Shown piece by piece: positions 45,900 through 59,324 of a stretch of 59,324 bases of DNA. The notes under the pieces are model-generated. The model had not been told where the DNA came from. It did not search any database and saw only the letters and a list, made by a program, of their open reading frames with translations. The DNA comes from Psammoneis japonica (Eukaryota). Position 1 is the stretch's first letter, and the number at the start of each line of letters is the position of its first letter. A program made the position numbers and the translations under genes. Where the stretch lies: NCBI GenBank assembly GCA_008632985.1, contig QPGO01000206.1, positions 62,001 to 121,324 on the forward strand. The letters are read 5' to 3'.

Positions 45900-48093
45900 C
45901 TATAAATCGTTTTGGCAACATGGAGTAATCCCTTCGGGTACACTGGAGTAAGATACGCGGGAGTCAGATGGTTTGGGCGCGCTCTTTCTATTCTGTTCAA
46001 GCTCTTCGGATGAGGTGTCCCGGTCTTCCAATTGAATTCTTGCTGACTTTCGGATTTCCGGCTTGTCATTGCTCTGCCAGAACAAAGCATCCCTAGCATT
46101 GAACATTACGTGCCCCGCTACGAGACCAAACACAGCGCTCAAGAACAATGGACCGGAATACGTCATGACTGCCAACTGCGCAATGACCGGCAGAGAAAGA
46201 CGGCGAAGCAATAATCAATGTGACAAGAGTATCAAAAGATAGAATCCATCTCTCTTCTCCCTCAGTATAACGCGGAAAACTCACCATGACAAAGTACCCC
46301 ATTGTCAACTGAATTCCATAAACAACGCCAGACGCTGCCAATCTGCGGTAACCTGGCTTCATGTGGGATATAAAGGCACGCCGTTGTCTGATCACCATTT
46401 CAAGCAGAATTCCAAACAAAAGAAGGCCCACACAGGCGGCAGCCAATCGCCCTGGCGAAGTCAGTGTCCATGCTTCAAACAACAAGATCACGCAAGTCGT
46501 ATCAAGCCAATGAAAACCATCCATGTACATACTTGTTCCTCCGTAGCAGAACTGCTCTTGCTTTTGTGGCACTTCCATAGAGAGTTCCGCGGCACTTACA
46601 CCAGGTGCTGTCGGTTGCCAACTACCAAGACAGTTGCTGTTATGGATGAAGCCATTTTCGCAAGGTCCCGTAGCCGCGCTCACCCGATTACCTGATGCTG
46701 CCAGGACAGCAGGATCCAGACAGTACAGTGAGTACCCCTCGGTGATGTAACCGACAGCCTGTTTGTGATTGGGGATATCGAGACACTGCATCCAACAAAA
46801 GAAGTTGGTAGAGTTGTTGCACGCTGAGGGGTCCTGTACGTGTTGCAAGCGCCTTCTTGTATTGCTGCTCGCGACCTTCGTTAAGATGTGATCCCTGTTT
46901 GCATCACCTTCATTACCACAACCAAGAAAGATGGCTTCTTCTTGGTCATCGCCGATGCGCGAAAAGGATTGCTTCATATCAGCGAAGGTTCCGTGTCGAC
47001 TAACCACCGCACTCTCCGGGACCAAGTGCACTGTTGTATCAATCAATTGTAGAGAGAGTGAAACCGAGCAAAGTGTCAATAAATATGAGGAACACAAAGT
47101 CAGCGCCTTGCGTGAAAATCATGTTCGTTTTGGAGGGCGCCGCAACTTACTCATTCCGTACCACGCGCGAGATGACCCTGACTGCATCTTGACGGCGTGC
47201 CTGGTAGCCTGCAACCTGACATCATGTCGAGCAGGGCTTAACCACTGCTCAGCACCTAGTCCCAGCATGATGATGATGCTGTTCATTGGAAATGAAACGG
47301 GTAATCTCTGCTCTGATATTGGGTCCAGCAAGAAGAATGAAGAGTCCAAGTCCCCTCCAGCGCACGAGTGGGCGGGCACGAAACTCAAAAACAAGCCGGC
47401 ATCGGTGTGCATCTGAAGGGTGTCATCGTTTACGCCAGTATCATCATCAAGATTGACGCCATCACGATTGCCGTCCCTGTGATATATATGAAAGTGCTCG
47501 AGATGCGTCGAGCTACGAACAATGTCCTCAACAGAGTGGTATTGTACGCCATGCTTTGTGCGCAGCAGAGGTGCGCTTGCTCCTGCAGGGCCTCCCAGTA
47601 TGCGATCCAGAGCTTGAATGAACGCTGAAGAAGCAAAAGCTGCCTGATCTCTCATCGATTCCATGGCTTTGACAGTCGCTTCTCCACATGCCTCTGATAC
47701 AAGTGTCTCGTCTTCCGCTATAGAGAGAGGATTATCACCGACAGTCGCCGTTGCAAGCGTAGTGCGTCTTGTAGTGTCATCCATTAGCGTAGAAGCGGAA
47801 ATGGATTTGTGTTCATCAGAGAGTGATTCCAGAAGACTTGAACACTGACAAAGCCCCTGCAGCGCAGTCTCCCTGACGAGTTCTTTGTCCTCCCCCAAAT
47901 TAACCGCTAGAAGACCGGTTGAAGACAGGACGGAGACAAGCTCCTTGCTTCGACTTCCCGATTGCAAATCCGCAACGCTGAAGGATGGAGGAACGAAATC
48001 ATTTGCAGCTGCAGCAAGTGTGGACTGCGCCAGACCGAACCCAATCCAAACCAGCACGGTCACAACAGCGCTTCGTGAATTCGTCTTCGTCAT
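45900..48093 (-). CDS. 2OG-Fe(II) oxygenase-like domain + Cys-rich linker + Ctr copper transporter; 3 exons: 48093-47151, 47030-46285, 46175-45900
   Basis: Signal peptide; HTD...H...R (MHTDAGLF, ATRHAV, RAWYG); Ctr motifs SMYMDGF, MLAVM (MxxxM), GLVAG; spliced length 1965 nt, in frame. Confidence 0.85.
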
Positions 48094-48296
48094 CTTCTCA
48101 TTCAACTCCACCTCCACCGCACTCTGCGTCTCTTTTCGACCGCTCTGTGCAGGATTCGACCATTACAGTAGAAAATATATTGGGTCGTACATACACGTGT
48201 TTCAGTACATTTTGGCCGTAAGGTAATCATCAGCGGAATTGTAGAGCTCATGACTTAATTGACAATCTGGTGCAGTGCTGCAGCTTTTCCAAGTTA

Positions 48297-49800
48297 TCAC
48301 AATGTTGTCCATCTCAACCATGGCTGGAGTCATCCTGAAGGTCATTCTTGCTCTTTGTTTTTGGCAATGCAGAGCAAAGCTGAGAACTGCCGCTCAAAAA
48401 ATCAAGATGACAGAGTGCGGGTGAGATGGCCCTTTCTCATTCAAAATTTGGGCGCACGCCATGACTCTGTTGCGCAAGCTGTGAGCGTTCAAACAGCTTG
48501 CAACAGTCCTTGCTCTCATTGTTGTGGCACCAGTGGTGCACACCAAAAGAGCTCTCCACACATGTGACCATTGCGGGGTGCAACAAGGCAGAGCCAACCA
48601 CAATCAATTGTGGTGCCCAGTGCGCAGTGGAGAGCATCGCTTCTGATGCTTGTTTGGCATCTGCTGCATGTGGAGGTGAAGAGCTCCACCAGTCACATCC
48701 CAAGAGCTTTTGCAATGGATGCACAAGGTGTCCAGCTGCACTGACCAAGGCTGTTGCTGTTGCTTCAAGATGCAGACTCAGTTTGTGCCCCTCTGGGCAG
48801 TGTGATGACATCACCTTGTCTGTTGGTTGTTGTCACAAGAGAAAGAGCATGACATCGGCAACTCTTTGTCACCCCAGCCATCCAGCAGTTCCTCTCAGCC
48901 ATCTCTTCTTGTTTTGCACCATTGTTGTTGTTGACATGTTCACACTCAAACCAAATGGCTGTGCTGTTTGAAGAAATGCAGAGATGGCCACACAAGCAAT
49001 GCCAAGGTTAGAAAGAAATGTTGACATTTGTGTGGGGGTTAATTTCAAAAATTTGAGGGACTGTGCTGCATTGCTGCTTTGCAGTCGAATTGTCAACAGC
49101 TCGATTGTCCTCATAGCCCCTGTCTTCAATTTTGTCCTGGTCTGCAGCCTTGAGAGCAACTTGTTGTGATCTTCTTCATCAGGAATGTTGTTGTTGCTGC
49201 TGATGGTGGACTGCACACCACTTGGAAATTCTAGGTTGATGATGCCAGCATCGTCAACCCTGCCAAATGACAACCTGCTGCTTTTGGGTAACACAGCTCA
49301 TTTGCACATGTTGGTGCAATTTTGAGCCACTCAATGCTGGCAGCAGCAATGACAACAACAGCAGCAGCAGTGGCAACAACAGCACTCTCGGCATTTTGCA
49401 AGTGAACACCAACACACATGCACACACTCCATGCATGAAAACATGGTGCAGTTGACAAGCCACTCCAAACCAAACACAAACAAACAAAACCATTGAGAAT
49501 TTGACAGAAATGCTGTGGAGAACACACCCTTGTGATGCATGAGCATCCAGGACACCAACCAAATGCACTGCAGTTAACATTCGAGCAGTGGTGTGGGGCG
49601 CATCATGCTGGCACCACAGCAAAGTCGAGCGAGCAGCGACACCACAGAATCAAATTCGCATGTTGCATTGATGACAGCACATTTATGATTCAGTGCCCTC
49701 AAGCAAACATGACGTTTTTGTTTAACAATGCGATTTGTTCAAAAATGATTGGCGGCAAATCCAGGGCAAAGCTGTCAATGCGAATGACCTGGGTTCCAAA
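48297..49800. other. TpA-depleted island with host-gene-like remnants on the minus strand
   Basis: ~8 TpA in 1.5 kb; Tyr-free ORF fragments (e.g. MLSTAHWAPQLIVVGSALL). Confidence 0.55.
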
Positions 49801-49890
49801 CCTCCTCACTACATGTCCAGAGTTCCTGCCACAAGGAGCCAACGCCAAATTTAAATTTCTTCTTTTATCTACCTTCAGGAGCTACACCAG

Positions 49891-52800
49891 CTAGTGGCAC
49901 AGGGACATTCCTTCATTTCTTGCATAAGATGACGCACTAGCAACACCCCAGAACCATCGTCGAAAACTGGCGTCCACAGATGCATCGTAAAAGCGAAATT
50001 TGTCTCGAAGCGTTTGTAGCTCACGAGGATCAAGAGACGCAAGTGACGGAAAATGAACGAGTTGCTGTTCCGGAGGGTCTGCATGAGACGGTGCTAAACG
50101 CGTCGTGAAGCGCCTACACATGGACTCACCCTCCTTCAAAAGATGAAGTTGCGGCATGGGAAACCTGTTGTGTGACCGATCTTGTAGGAACTGCAAACAC
50201 TGCTTTCGAATCTCGTCGTATTCCGGTCCAAGCGTAGCACGACCCGACCATAAAAACAAACTGTCGTGTTGGTCTGCCGCAATAACGCACTGATATCCAT
50301 GCCGAAATGAAGAGCCAAAAAACTGTTCAGATTGGAATTCCAAACATAGAATTAAATGACGTCAGCTACATACCGTGTCCCAAAGCGCCAGGGTATCTGA
50401 TGGAATTGGTTCAAGTAACACCTCGTTTGATGAACTCCACAGTGATGGTGCCATCATGCAAAGACAATCGTCCAGCGGAAGGCGAAGGAACAAGCTGCGT
50501 GTTTCAGCACGGTCATCCATGGACTGAAGTGGGCCAGGATTAAGCAGAGCACCGCGACGTAAATGGAACAGCCGATGCAAAGCATCGGCCAGCTCCGGAG
50601 GGAAAGCAAAATCAAGCGACGATTGAGACGCGGCCATTCCACCCTCTTCTGTCAGCTCGCCACTATTGCTGATGCACAAAAGGAGAGAGGAGTGAAGATA
50701 AGGTACCCATAGCTAGACTCGTTGCCACCAAGATGTCATTCAGCCCCCTTCTTGACGTACCTCCTAGTTCCTTCTTGCAATCCGAGGAGTCGAAAAGCAC
50801 CAGATATTCTATGAATTGTTGCATCCAAGTCTCTTTGCGCCTCGTTGGCCAGTACTTCCAACCTATCCGTATCAAACGCAACGTCGGCAATTTCTTGTGG
50901 GTCTTCTCTTCCCACAATTGCCCTGTATACCGCTTCCTTTCCGAGAATGACAGGAACTACTTCTTCGTCCATGTCATCGAGAAAGTCGTAGACACTTCGG
51001 GCTACTGATAGTCTATTTGTACACACCCTTGTTACGATGGTTTTTCCATCGGGTTCCACGTAACGAACAATGCACTGAAAGAATGCGTGTTTCTCGCTGG
51101 GATGAAAACTATCATTCACCCGCAACATTGTTGAGAGCGTGGAAAGGGGATCGTAGCGACCCATGCTCAATCGAGTCAACGAAGCAGCAAGCATGTCCAA
51201 GGAAGGGAGATTGTTGGTACGAAATCCACGATTTGCTGCCAAACACGCTCCGAGCGAAAAGGACGAACGCTCGTTTGCAAGCAATCCGTGCTCTCCGTAC
51301 AAAACCTGTGCATTTCCCACAACGTGGGTCGGTGAAACAAAACTAGACGTACAAGAGAGCCATGAGTCACCGGTCGCACAACACGGTATTGACTTTTCAT
51401 TGCGCGTAAGATTCATAATTTGAACATACCTAGACATGCGAAAGTCCACGATACATCCATTCATTTGATTCATGATCGTGGCTGGTTGGCTCTCCATGTC
51501 TAGAGCTTCAGTTCGCGAAATGTGCGTACGTGACAAAGAGTGCTCAAGATTTTTTGCCAAATGTGGCGTCTTGAAGGATTCATGGGGTAAAGCGTAACCC
51601 CCGCTCGGCTCCACAAGAGCTTGGTAGGTCGGCATGCCAAGCGACTCGGCACCTGGAGAGGAACAAATAAATCGTTTTGTAAGATGTATTGACTCACAAT
51701 TTATTGACGAATAAAGTAGACTGTTCTTTACTCACCCGTACAGAAGACATCAATGCCGATTCCATATTCACAGGCATCCTTGGCGAGATTACCAAAGTAT
51801 CGAGTTGCTTTTGAAACGTAGTATGGATCAACAACGTGGGGCTGCGTCATACGAAAAGAAGCATGGACACCAACAGCGTTGGTGGAATCATCGTCCAATG
51901 ATAGGTCTCTAGGCGGCTTGACTACACTGGCCCTCCCAATACTAGGGCAACCATTGGTAAAAAGAAGTATGCGGCATGTTCTCGGCGTCACTGATGATCC
52001 ACATTCCGCCATGTCGATAGCACATTGAATGGCTTCTCCTGTACAACGAACACTGCGGTACTCGTTTCTTTTTTTGACCCACGGAGATTCTTTTAGTGCC
52101 GGAGTAACTTCAGGAGTGCATCCATTTCGTTCTCTGCTCTGTTTTCGAAGCCGTGCTTCTTTTCGCAATCGCAATTGCTCCTTTCTTGACAGCGGCGCTT
52201 TTGTTTGCAAAGACAGATCTGATGGGTTGACGACTTGAGGATTGAGCGGCAATCCATACACGGCGGATAAACATTGCCAAAGAGGATTTAAGTCTGCTTC
52301 TGAATTGATATCGATCAGGTAGGACTGACCTGCCATGCGCGTTCGTCGCTTTGTGTGCTCTTCATCTTCCTTCTCGAAATCCGCTTGGTAGAGAGTGTAC
52401 ACGTCCGCCGCGCACATTCCCAGGAGGCCTAACTGATACATGGACACGGCGTTGCTGAACACAATCAAACCAAGACTGACTTTCTTTCCTGTACCATTTG
52501 CCTTCCGAAAGAATGACTGCATGGACGTCGCGACCGCATGTGCTTCATCACGAGCCAAGTTTCCGTCCAGAACAAGGATGTAGCAACTTGAGTTATTCAC
52601 GGTCGGCGTCGATGCCTCTGTACCACCAGCAGCAACAACATGTTGTCGATATTCCACAATAGGTGACACCATAATGGGTGCTAAGGCTGACGAGGAGTCT
52701 GTGAAAATTTCTTTCGGCGCCACGTTTGTTTCTCCGCAAAGGGGGCACTGCCACTCGCCACTTTCAGAATCGAAGGATGCGTACGGGTTCAAGTATGCCA

Positions 52801-53005
52801 AACAGGTAAGACAAAGAACGGGTGGCATTGCATCCGTCATGGGAATCAGCGTAGCGTCACTGCCTACAGCCATGGGAGTCCAAATAAAACCAAAAGGCAA
52901 CTCACAACTGTGCTTGGGCCCCGACGGGCATTTTGACGACGAAAACACCGCACCTTCGTGTGCGCGACCACGAAAGCTGAGGGACTCTTCCGTTGCCAAT
53001 TCCAT
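49891..53005 (-). CDS. SEC23: Sec23-like COPII protein (plant SEC23A/D-type); 5 exons: 53005-51736, 51652-51430, 51342-50761, 50668-50374, 50289-49891
   Basis: Zn finger CLTCLAYLNPY..WQCPLC; VWA RCTGEAI..GIDVFC; gelsolin-like RFPMP..RLAPSHADPPEQQ; four GT-AG introns give 2769 nt in frame. Confidence 0.85.
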
Positions 53006-54148
53006 TTCGTCCCAGTTTCGAAATTACTCCTGCACACTCGTTTTCTTACAATGAACCATTCACCTGTCGAACTCGTCAGAACGATCTCGACGAAGAATAG
53101 TCTATTTGCAGAAGACAGCTGCTGAATGCTGAACCTCGCGGGGGCTCTTCATCACAGCATCGCCATGATACCGGTAGCCCTACAGTACCATACCGGTACG
53201 AGTACGAGTATTAGGTACAACCATGGTTACCATATAGTCTCGTGTGCTCTTGGAATTGTAGCGTTCGTGCGTGCGTGCGTGAGATTCGTCAAGACAAAGT
53301 TGGCCCTGAATTTCCTAGATAAGGAAAGATAAGGAAACCAGATAAGGAAAAATTAATTATGGTAATTTACTACGTAGTTGCAACTGGCATGGCCCTTTCA
53401 TCTTTCATGTACTGTACCGTATGGTACCGGTAGCGGTTGAGTAGGTCTACTTTAAACACTACATTCAATGAGTAAGGTAGACGCTGTTGGGGACCATATT
53501 CTCGGCGCGATTGCCCCACCTCGCGCTATGCGACTCTAGAGGGAGTCCTGACATGTTTTCTGAGCGCACCACGCTGCTTTATACTGTGCGCCAAGTTGGC
53601 CTTTGCACCAGTGTCAGTTGTACTTGAAAGCAACTCAAAGAGGCAATGCCCGGTGTGGGTAGGGTACGGGTACTGAAAAAGCAGTCGCAAGTTTGCGCGA
53701 TGGGAACGATTTTGCAACGAGACGGAGAAGACGACCGGACTGATAAACGTAGTGTGCATGCTTATATAGAATATGCATCGCTTACGACTCTACTCACCTT
53801 GAATCTTGAACGAGTGAAATCCACAGTAGATCCCAAACTGAGTCACTGTACAGTAGCTTGAGCCAACAAACGGTAGAGATGAATTGTGTCACATGAATAA
53901 ACTCCTTTGCCAGTACCTTTTCTATTTCTGCTCAAGTGGTTTCTGAATACTCTGTACGTAGAAAGAGGTCCAACTGGGTGGACTAGAGATGAGATGGACG
54001 ACGACGCACCCTGCTACTATAACATGACAAAAAAGAGTCTTGGCGATCTCCTTTGGCTTGCTGCTTCGACATGCAGAGGAACAAACAATCAAGTGGCGGA
54101 CACCAAAATCTAGAGCTAACGCAAAAGGCAAAATAATCTGAATGCAGC

Positions 54149-55754
54149 TTAGTATTCTTCCTCTCTTTCAGCCTTTTCCCTCAACGCCTTTTCTTTCTTT
54201 GCATCATTCACTAAGCTGTTGAGATTTTGAACCAAGGTAGCACTTCGAACATTCAAGTCTCTGGTCCGATCCATAACTTGTTCGTATATGCTCTCGTTAT
54301 CAGATCCCATGACAACACATTTGGCCTCCGAGTCAATCTTGGCATCAAGATCTGCATTTCGAATCAAGTCTACAATCCAGCGCTCCGCCTGATCTTGATC
54401 CATGGCTAGCTTGTCACCGAGGGCACTCAAGTCGATCTTATTGTGGATGCGGCAGTAGTTTTCAAATACAAAGACACGCGCTTCCTCCATAAAGAGGTCC
54501 GTTTGTTTGCACAAGAAAAAGTCTGTCGAGAGGACCGCCTCGCACTCGGCCAACTTGGTTTGAGCCGATTCAAAGTCAAACTTGACGCAGAGGCAATTTA
54601 CAAACTCAACAATGGGGTCCGTGTATTCACAGTCAGACATGACATTGATGAGGTTCTTCATGAGACGACGCGCTTCTGCGTTCGCTCCAGCAGCGGCCTT
54701 TTTGGTGATGCGGCGTTTGCACAAGAGCACCGAGGCGGTCAAGTATCTCAACAGATGAGGAGCATTGGTAGTAATGGCTTGTTTGTACTTCTCTGAGAAG
54801 AAGAGATCAACCATGTTTTCAAGCCCTCCCTTGGCAGAATCGTTCCAGAATACAAAGAGAGACCAGTGCAACAACCAAGTCCGTTCCTGGAGTGCCTTGA
54901 GAGGGCTGATTTCGTTCGACGAAACAAGAGACTCCATGGCATGCTTTACAGCCGATACAGCTACGCTGGCAGCCTCCCAATCCTCAACAAGAATTTCGCA
55001 CGCAAGCTTTCCCCAAAGCACTTCCAGGATTTCGGGAGTGACTGTCGTGACATAGTAAATATCGGGATTCCCCACAGTTTCTTGTAAAGGTGCAGTCTTT
55101 GTCGACTTCTCCTGAAGAAAATCATCGTCTTCATCTTTTGCCTTTTCCGCAGGAGGATTGGCAAAGAGAGAAACGTAATTCTCCAACATGTCGCGCGCTG
55201 CCTGGTAGTCTCCACAATCAAAATTGTACTTGGCAAGCTGAGCATAGGTTTCAACCACATCAGGAGTTACTTTGAGTTCCGGAATTTGAGAAAGCGCCGC
55301 AACGGACCACTGCCCGTTCGCCTTTAGCTTGGCCTTGAAATGTAGAAAGAAACGAGTAGACGAAAGCGTAAGACCTGAGATTAGCACAAATCATGCATCT
55401 GACACCCGGTGCTCTTACCCGTTCGCTTTGATTCTGGCAAAGTTCGTCGAACGGTTGGCAGCTCGCTCGAAGCGATTCCAGTCTTTCGTACACCTTCGTT
55501 TTCTGCTCCTCCATCTCGGCAGGAACTGGAGCATCTTTACCATGAAGACCACGGTGAATGTCAATGGCATAGTCAACCATGTGAGTGGGCCGCAATAGCG
55601 AGAGACGTGCCGCCGCGACATCATTGGCGGAGTAAGAGACCGCTTTCGAGTTGATGAGGCTGTCGAGGTATTCCAACAGCGGAAACATCATGTGCCGATC
55701 AAGGTAGGGCGAGACAGCGGCGGTCAAGTCCCATTGCTCGACTCCTTGTGTCAT
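54149..55754 (-). CDS. EIF3E: Translation initiation factor 3 subunit E, 2 exons: 55754-55419, 55333-54149
   Basis: YLDRHMMFPLLEYL, LWGKLACEIL, RTWLLHWSLFVF, AERWIVDLIRNADLDAKID; intron 55418-55334. Confidence 0.95.
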
Positions 55755-56338
55755 GATTTAGCGTGTTGGAGAGCAGGTAATTACAAGAGGATGATCACTG
55801 TTCGCTCAATCTATTGCTGTTTGTTGCTGTTGCTCGTTGCCATCCAAAAATGGAAAATGGAAACAGCACCAAAGCACGAAGCAAAAGTGCTGGGCAGGTG
55901 CCGTCACGGGTGACGGACGGAGGGCAACGCCCTGAGCCGCACGCGCGCACTCATGCGCGTACCAAAGCGCGCACAGAGCGCGCGAAGCGTATGTGCGTCG
56001 TGCTACAGTACTGTATGTATGATATATATGTATGTACAGTAAGATATTTTGCACATCCGTTGGACGTTTCTCCGAACACTAATGCATATTCAAATCTGAG
56101 CATGCTCATTAATTTTTTGAAATATTATTTTAAGATCCATACATGATTTCCTACATTGGGGGAGCACGTGCCGCGAACCCACTTGAAATTTGAAAAACAC
56201 TCAACATCCTCGAAAAATGCTCAACTGCCGTTGCGTTCCCGATGATGATTCTTCCCAATTTTACGATAAACAAAATATAAAATATCGTCGCTGTCTCAAG
56301 TGAAGCACCATTGAAAGAAGTCGCGAACTAACAGCTTC

Positions 56339-58682
56339 ATGGAGGTGACAATGGAAATCCCTGAGTTGATTCGAGATCTGGAAGAATGCACGTGCAGGTC
56401 CTGCTGTCTAACCGAAACGACGCCTTCAAGAACGCTCAACTCGCTGTTTGCTCTTACAGAAAACGAACAAGACATTGAAAATCGCAAAGCCTTGGTGCAA
56501 CAAGAGAATGGGAAATTGGTGCGAATACTGTTTGATTTCATTCGAACATGCAAGCCTGGAAGTCGTGAACAGGCTGTGTCTCTGTTGATTCTCAACAACA
56601 TATCTCTCCCACGCGAAAACAAGCGTTTCATTGCCTTAGAATGCGGGGGAGCCATGCTTTTAGCAGATTTGTTATTCAAGCAACCATCCAATTATTTGCT
56701 TGTGATTATCATGATAAATCTTGTTTTAGCAGATGGTGACTTGCGAGAGGAGGTCTTCGATTCTGATTTCGGTGCTGACTTCGTTGGGTCGATTGCCCAT
56801 GCGTTGAAATCGGCTCTTTGCATCCAAAACGCATATTCTCAAAATAGCGAGGAAGAAATGCAGGAGAGCCAAGTTCCATCTAATGAGCTCTCTTCCGAGA
56901 TAGCGCGATGGTGCCACTTGGCTCTAAAGAATGTGACTCGATCGCAGCTGCCAATCATTGAATTAGAAACTCATGCCTTGGAGGAACTTGTTCCGTTTTT
57001 ACTCCATCTTGTGGAAGTTGAGGACATTGATCTGGAGAATTGTAAGTCTGCAACATTCATGATAGAGTTGGCAACTAAATTCAGTGTACTACATTGCTTA
57101 CATTGACCGGTTTCACCATCTCGCTCTGCCAATTCAAGAGATCAAGAAGTCGCCATTATTCATCCACCAACCTGGAATTCGGACTCGATTCAAGATGCAG
57201 CACTTTTTGTTCTTCTTAATTGTTGTAGCCTTGTGTCACTGCGTGAGTATATGATTGAAGCCGGCGCTGCTCAAGTATTGTTCAATATCACCTGCTACGC
57301 ACCACAAGTCGGTGATGATGACCGACTTCACGACTTTCTAAGTTCCGAACAGCAGCGCACACTGAAATTTCAGCAACTCAAGGCAGTAAGTCTTTTTTCT
57401 TCGGCGGCTAGCTTTATCGACCGTGTAGTTAAGTAGTCGAACACTGGTTGAAACCAAACCTCACATTCGTATTTCTTCTTCGTACACGCAGCGAATGGCG
57501 CTGTCGTTCCTTGTCGGGTCCGTTGGTCACTTTGGTCAGCCTCCTTCACCAGATCCTGGATTGGTCTTTATATCGTCGAAAACAGGGAAACCGGTCATTT
57601 TGACGACCGAATCTGAAACTGAAGAACTTGTGGAGCTATTTGACAACGTGCTTCACGGTCGAGCAAAGCTAGGACATGGAGGGTACAATGCGACTTCATT
57701 CAGTATGGGTTGCGTCAGCCACGCCCTTCGGTGCCTCTTGACACATTCAATGAACCGAGACATGTTTGCTCGGAAGGGTGGAGTGAGATTGAATGTGTTA
57801 CTGATGAAGGCTTTAGCTCTGTATTCCATTAAGTGTGATCCTCTCATCGAACAAGATACTGCGTCGGACATATGTTTCTCTCTGTATCTCCTGTCAAATT
57901 TCGGATTCAAGGTGAGATGGAGTCGTCACAGAATAAAAGACGACGTTGTGCCTTTGAAGCGAGCTTCCTCATGCTGCTTTTTTATGCCGTTAAACACAGT
58001 CATGCTACCTTCCAGCTGACTTTGGTGGTGGAGATAGGCAGAAAAAAATCGCTGCGAAAATATTGTCCAGATATATCAAATCGGAGAAGGACGAATCTGT
58101 GGGTAAACACGCAGCGCAGCAGATTATGCGAAGATTGCCCTGGCTTGTATTTGAAGGATCAGTCATGGACTTGGTAAGCCGTTTTTTTTTTTTTCATTCG
58201 CGCGACAGTTTGATTTGACAACGGAACTGATCACTTTGTCTCCATCTTTCTTCTTTCAACGGGAGACCACTCTACGATGGACTGATTGCAAGTTTGGTAG
58301 TGGTGAAATGGCTGCCATGGAAACCCTTAGTGAATCTGTTGAATTACAAGAAACAAAGCCAATGGATGACATCTTCTGCCGCCCTGTGCTTCGGACACCG
58401 GTGCCAAGCACAGGGTCAGCGGATACTCTCTGGGATAGTGCTGCTGGCTCATCAGTCCGATCGTTTTCGTGCGTTCTAGATGCAGTACCATCTTTTTCTT
58501 TTGGGAGCGTATGCATTCGTCATTCAGGGGAGATCGATGACATTCAAATTGCCAACAACATTGCACGGTGTGCCAACGGAGAGAAGACAGAGTGTTATGG
58601 ATATTTATGGACCTGGCAGGATACAGCGGAGGAGATAAAAGAGAAACTGATGAGATCACAAGATCCGTTTCTTCCTTTGTAG
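56339..58682 (+). CDS. Hypothetical ARM-like helical protein, ~5 exons
   Basis: ORF pieces join in frame through GT-AG introns 57042-57140, 57386-57491, 57912-57999 and 58174-~58265 (last acceptor uncertain); LILNNISLPRENKRFIA is ARM-like. Confidence 0.65.
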
Positions 58683-58888
58683 AAGTCGAGTTGATTCTTT
58701 CTTTGCGGGCGACTCTGATTACAAGCCAACTATTCAGGTCGAGTCAGCTTGCATTTTCTTGTTCGTCGTGGTTTTGAAGAAGTATCAGAGATGATGCATA
58801 ATGTCTCCATTTTTGAAGTACTTCCATATTTGCTCAACCCTTATCAGCAAAAGTTGTGCTAAAATCTAATATATCTCCCTATCTTATG

Positions 58889-59324
58889 CTATGCCGCAGC
58901 CGCGGCTTCCGGATGTACTACTTCAAGTCGGAAAATGTTGCTCCCGTAGACAACGAGGTGATTATCACCCATTCCCGCTCTTCGGTAGATGCGAAGCGCT
59001 TCGGTGTAAGAGGTCATCAACCCAGACAGGTTTCCACGCTGGAGTTCGATGTTTCCAATCTCATTGAGTGTTCGTGCACAGGTAGGGTGGTCGTCTCCGA
59101 AGCAGTTTCTCTCGATGTCAAGGGCGCGGCGAAAGTTCTCCAACGCAAGATTCATATCCCCACACTGGTAATGAATCTGTCCAATGTTGTAGAACGTGAT
59201 AGCAAGGTCTCTATGTGCTTCTCCGAGTGCCGTCATTTCCACTCGCGCTGTCTCGTGGTAGAAGGCTAAGGCTAGCTCGTAGCTACCTTGGTGGTGATGG
59301 ATCATTGCAATGTTGTACAGATTC
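58889..59324 (-). CDS. TPR-repeat protein (kinesin light chain/nephrocystin-3 type), 3' end only
   Basis: 42-aa TPRs: AITFYNIGQIHYQCGDMNLALENFRRALDIER..FGDDHP..ARTLNEIGNI. Confidence 0.85.
   Translation of the reverse strand, partial: NLYNIAMIHHHQGSYELALAFYHETARVEMTALGEAHRDLAITFYNIGQIHYQCGDMNLALENFRRALDIERNCFGDDHPTCARTLNEIGNIELQRGNLSGLMTSYTEALRIYRRAGMGDNHLVVYGSNIFRLEVVHPEAAAAA

Overview
Gene-dense eukaryotic nuclear DNA, very likely from a diatom. The evidence is short (~75-120 bp) GT-AG introns, bipartite plastid presequences (AVA-FQP, AAA-FVP), a DUF6824 protein, cycloeucalenol cycloisomerase and a CoDi-type Ty1/copia relic. About 20 intact-looking genes are present: TRAP1/Hsp90, an ANKRD39-like protein, a PAAT-like protein, a Deg protease, SAYSD1, CPI1, DUF6824, a TFIIB-like protein, a plastid DEAD helicase, EMC3, a SufE-MnmA fusion, TatA, MON1, a 2OG-oxygenase-Ctr fusion, a Sec23-like protein, eIF3e and TPR/ARM proteins. 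There is also a frameshifted TRM7, a deleted EMC3 duplicate, a TA-flanked MITE and several tandem arrays. The most striking signal is five islands (1-485, ~8171-9207, ~27812-30590, ~36520-41755, ~48297-49800) from which the dinucleotide TpA has been almost completely erased. My manual count is ~28 TpA in ~11 kb, versus 16 in a 300-bp gene sample, and the survivors are mostly TTAA. In the copia RT inside one island, every expected Tyr codon reads His (CAT) or Cys (TGY). This points to a targeted, double-stranded A:T->G:C hypermutation at TpA, i.e. a candidate RIP-like genome-defence system distinct from CpG decay. All counts and alignments were done by eye and need computational confirmation.
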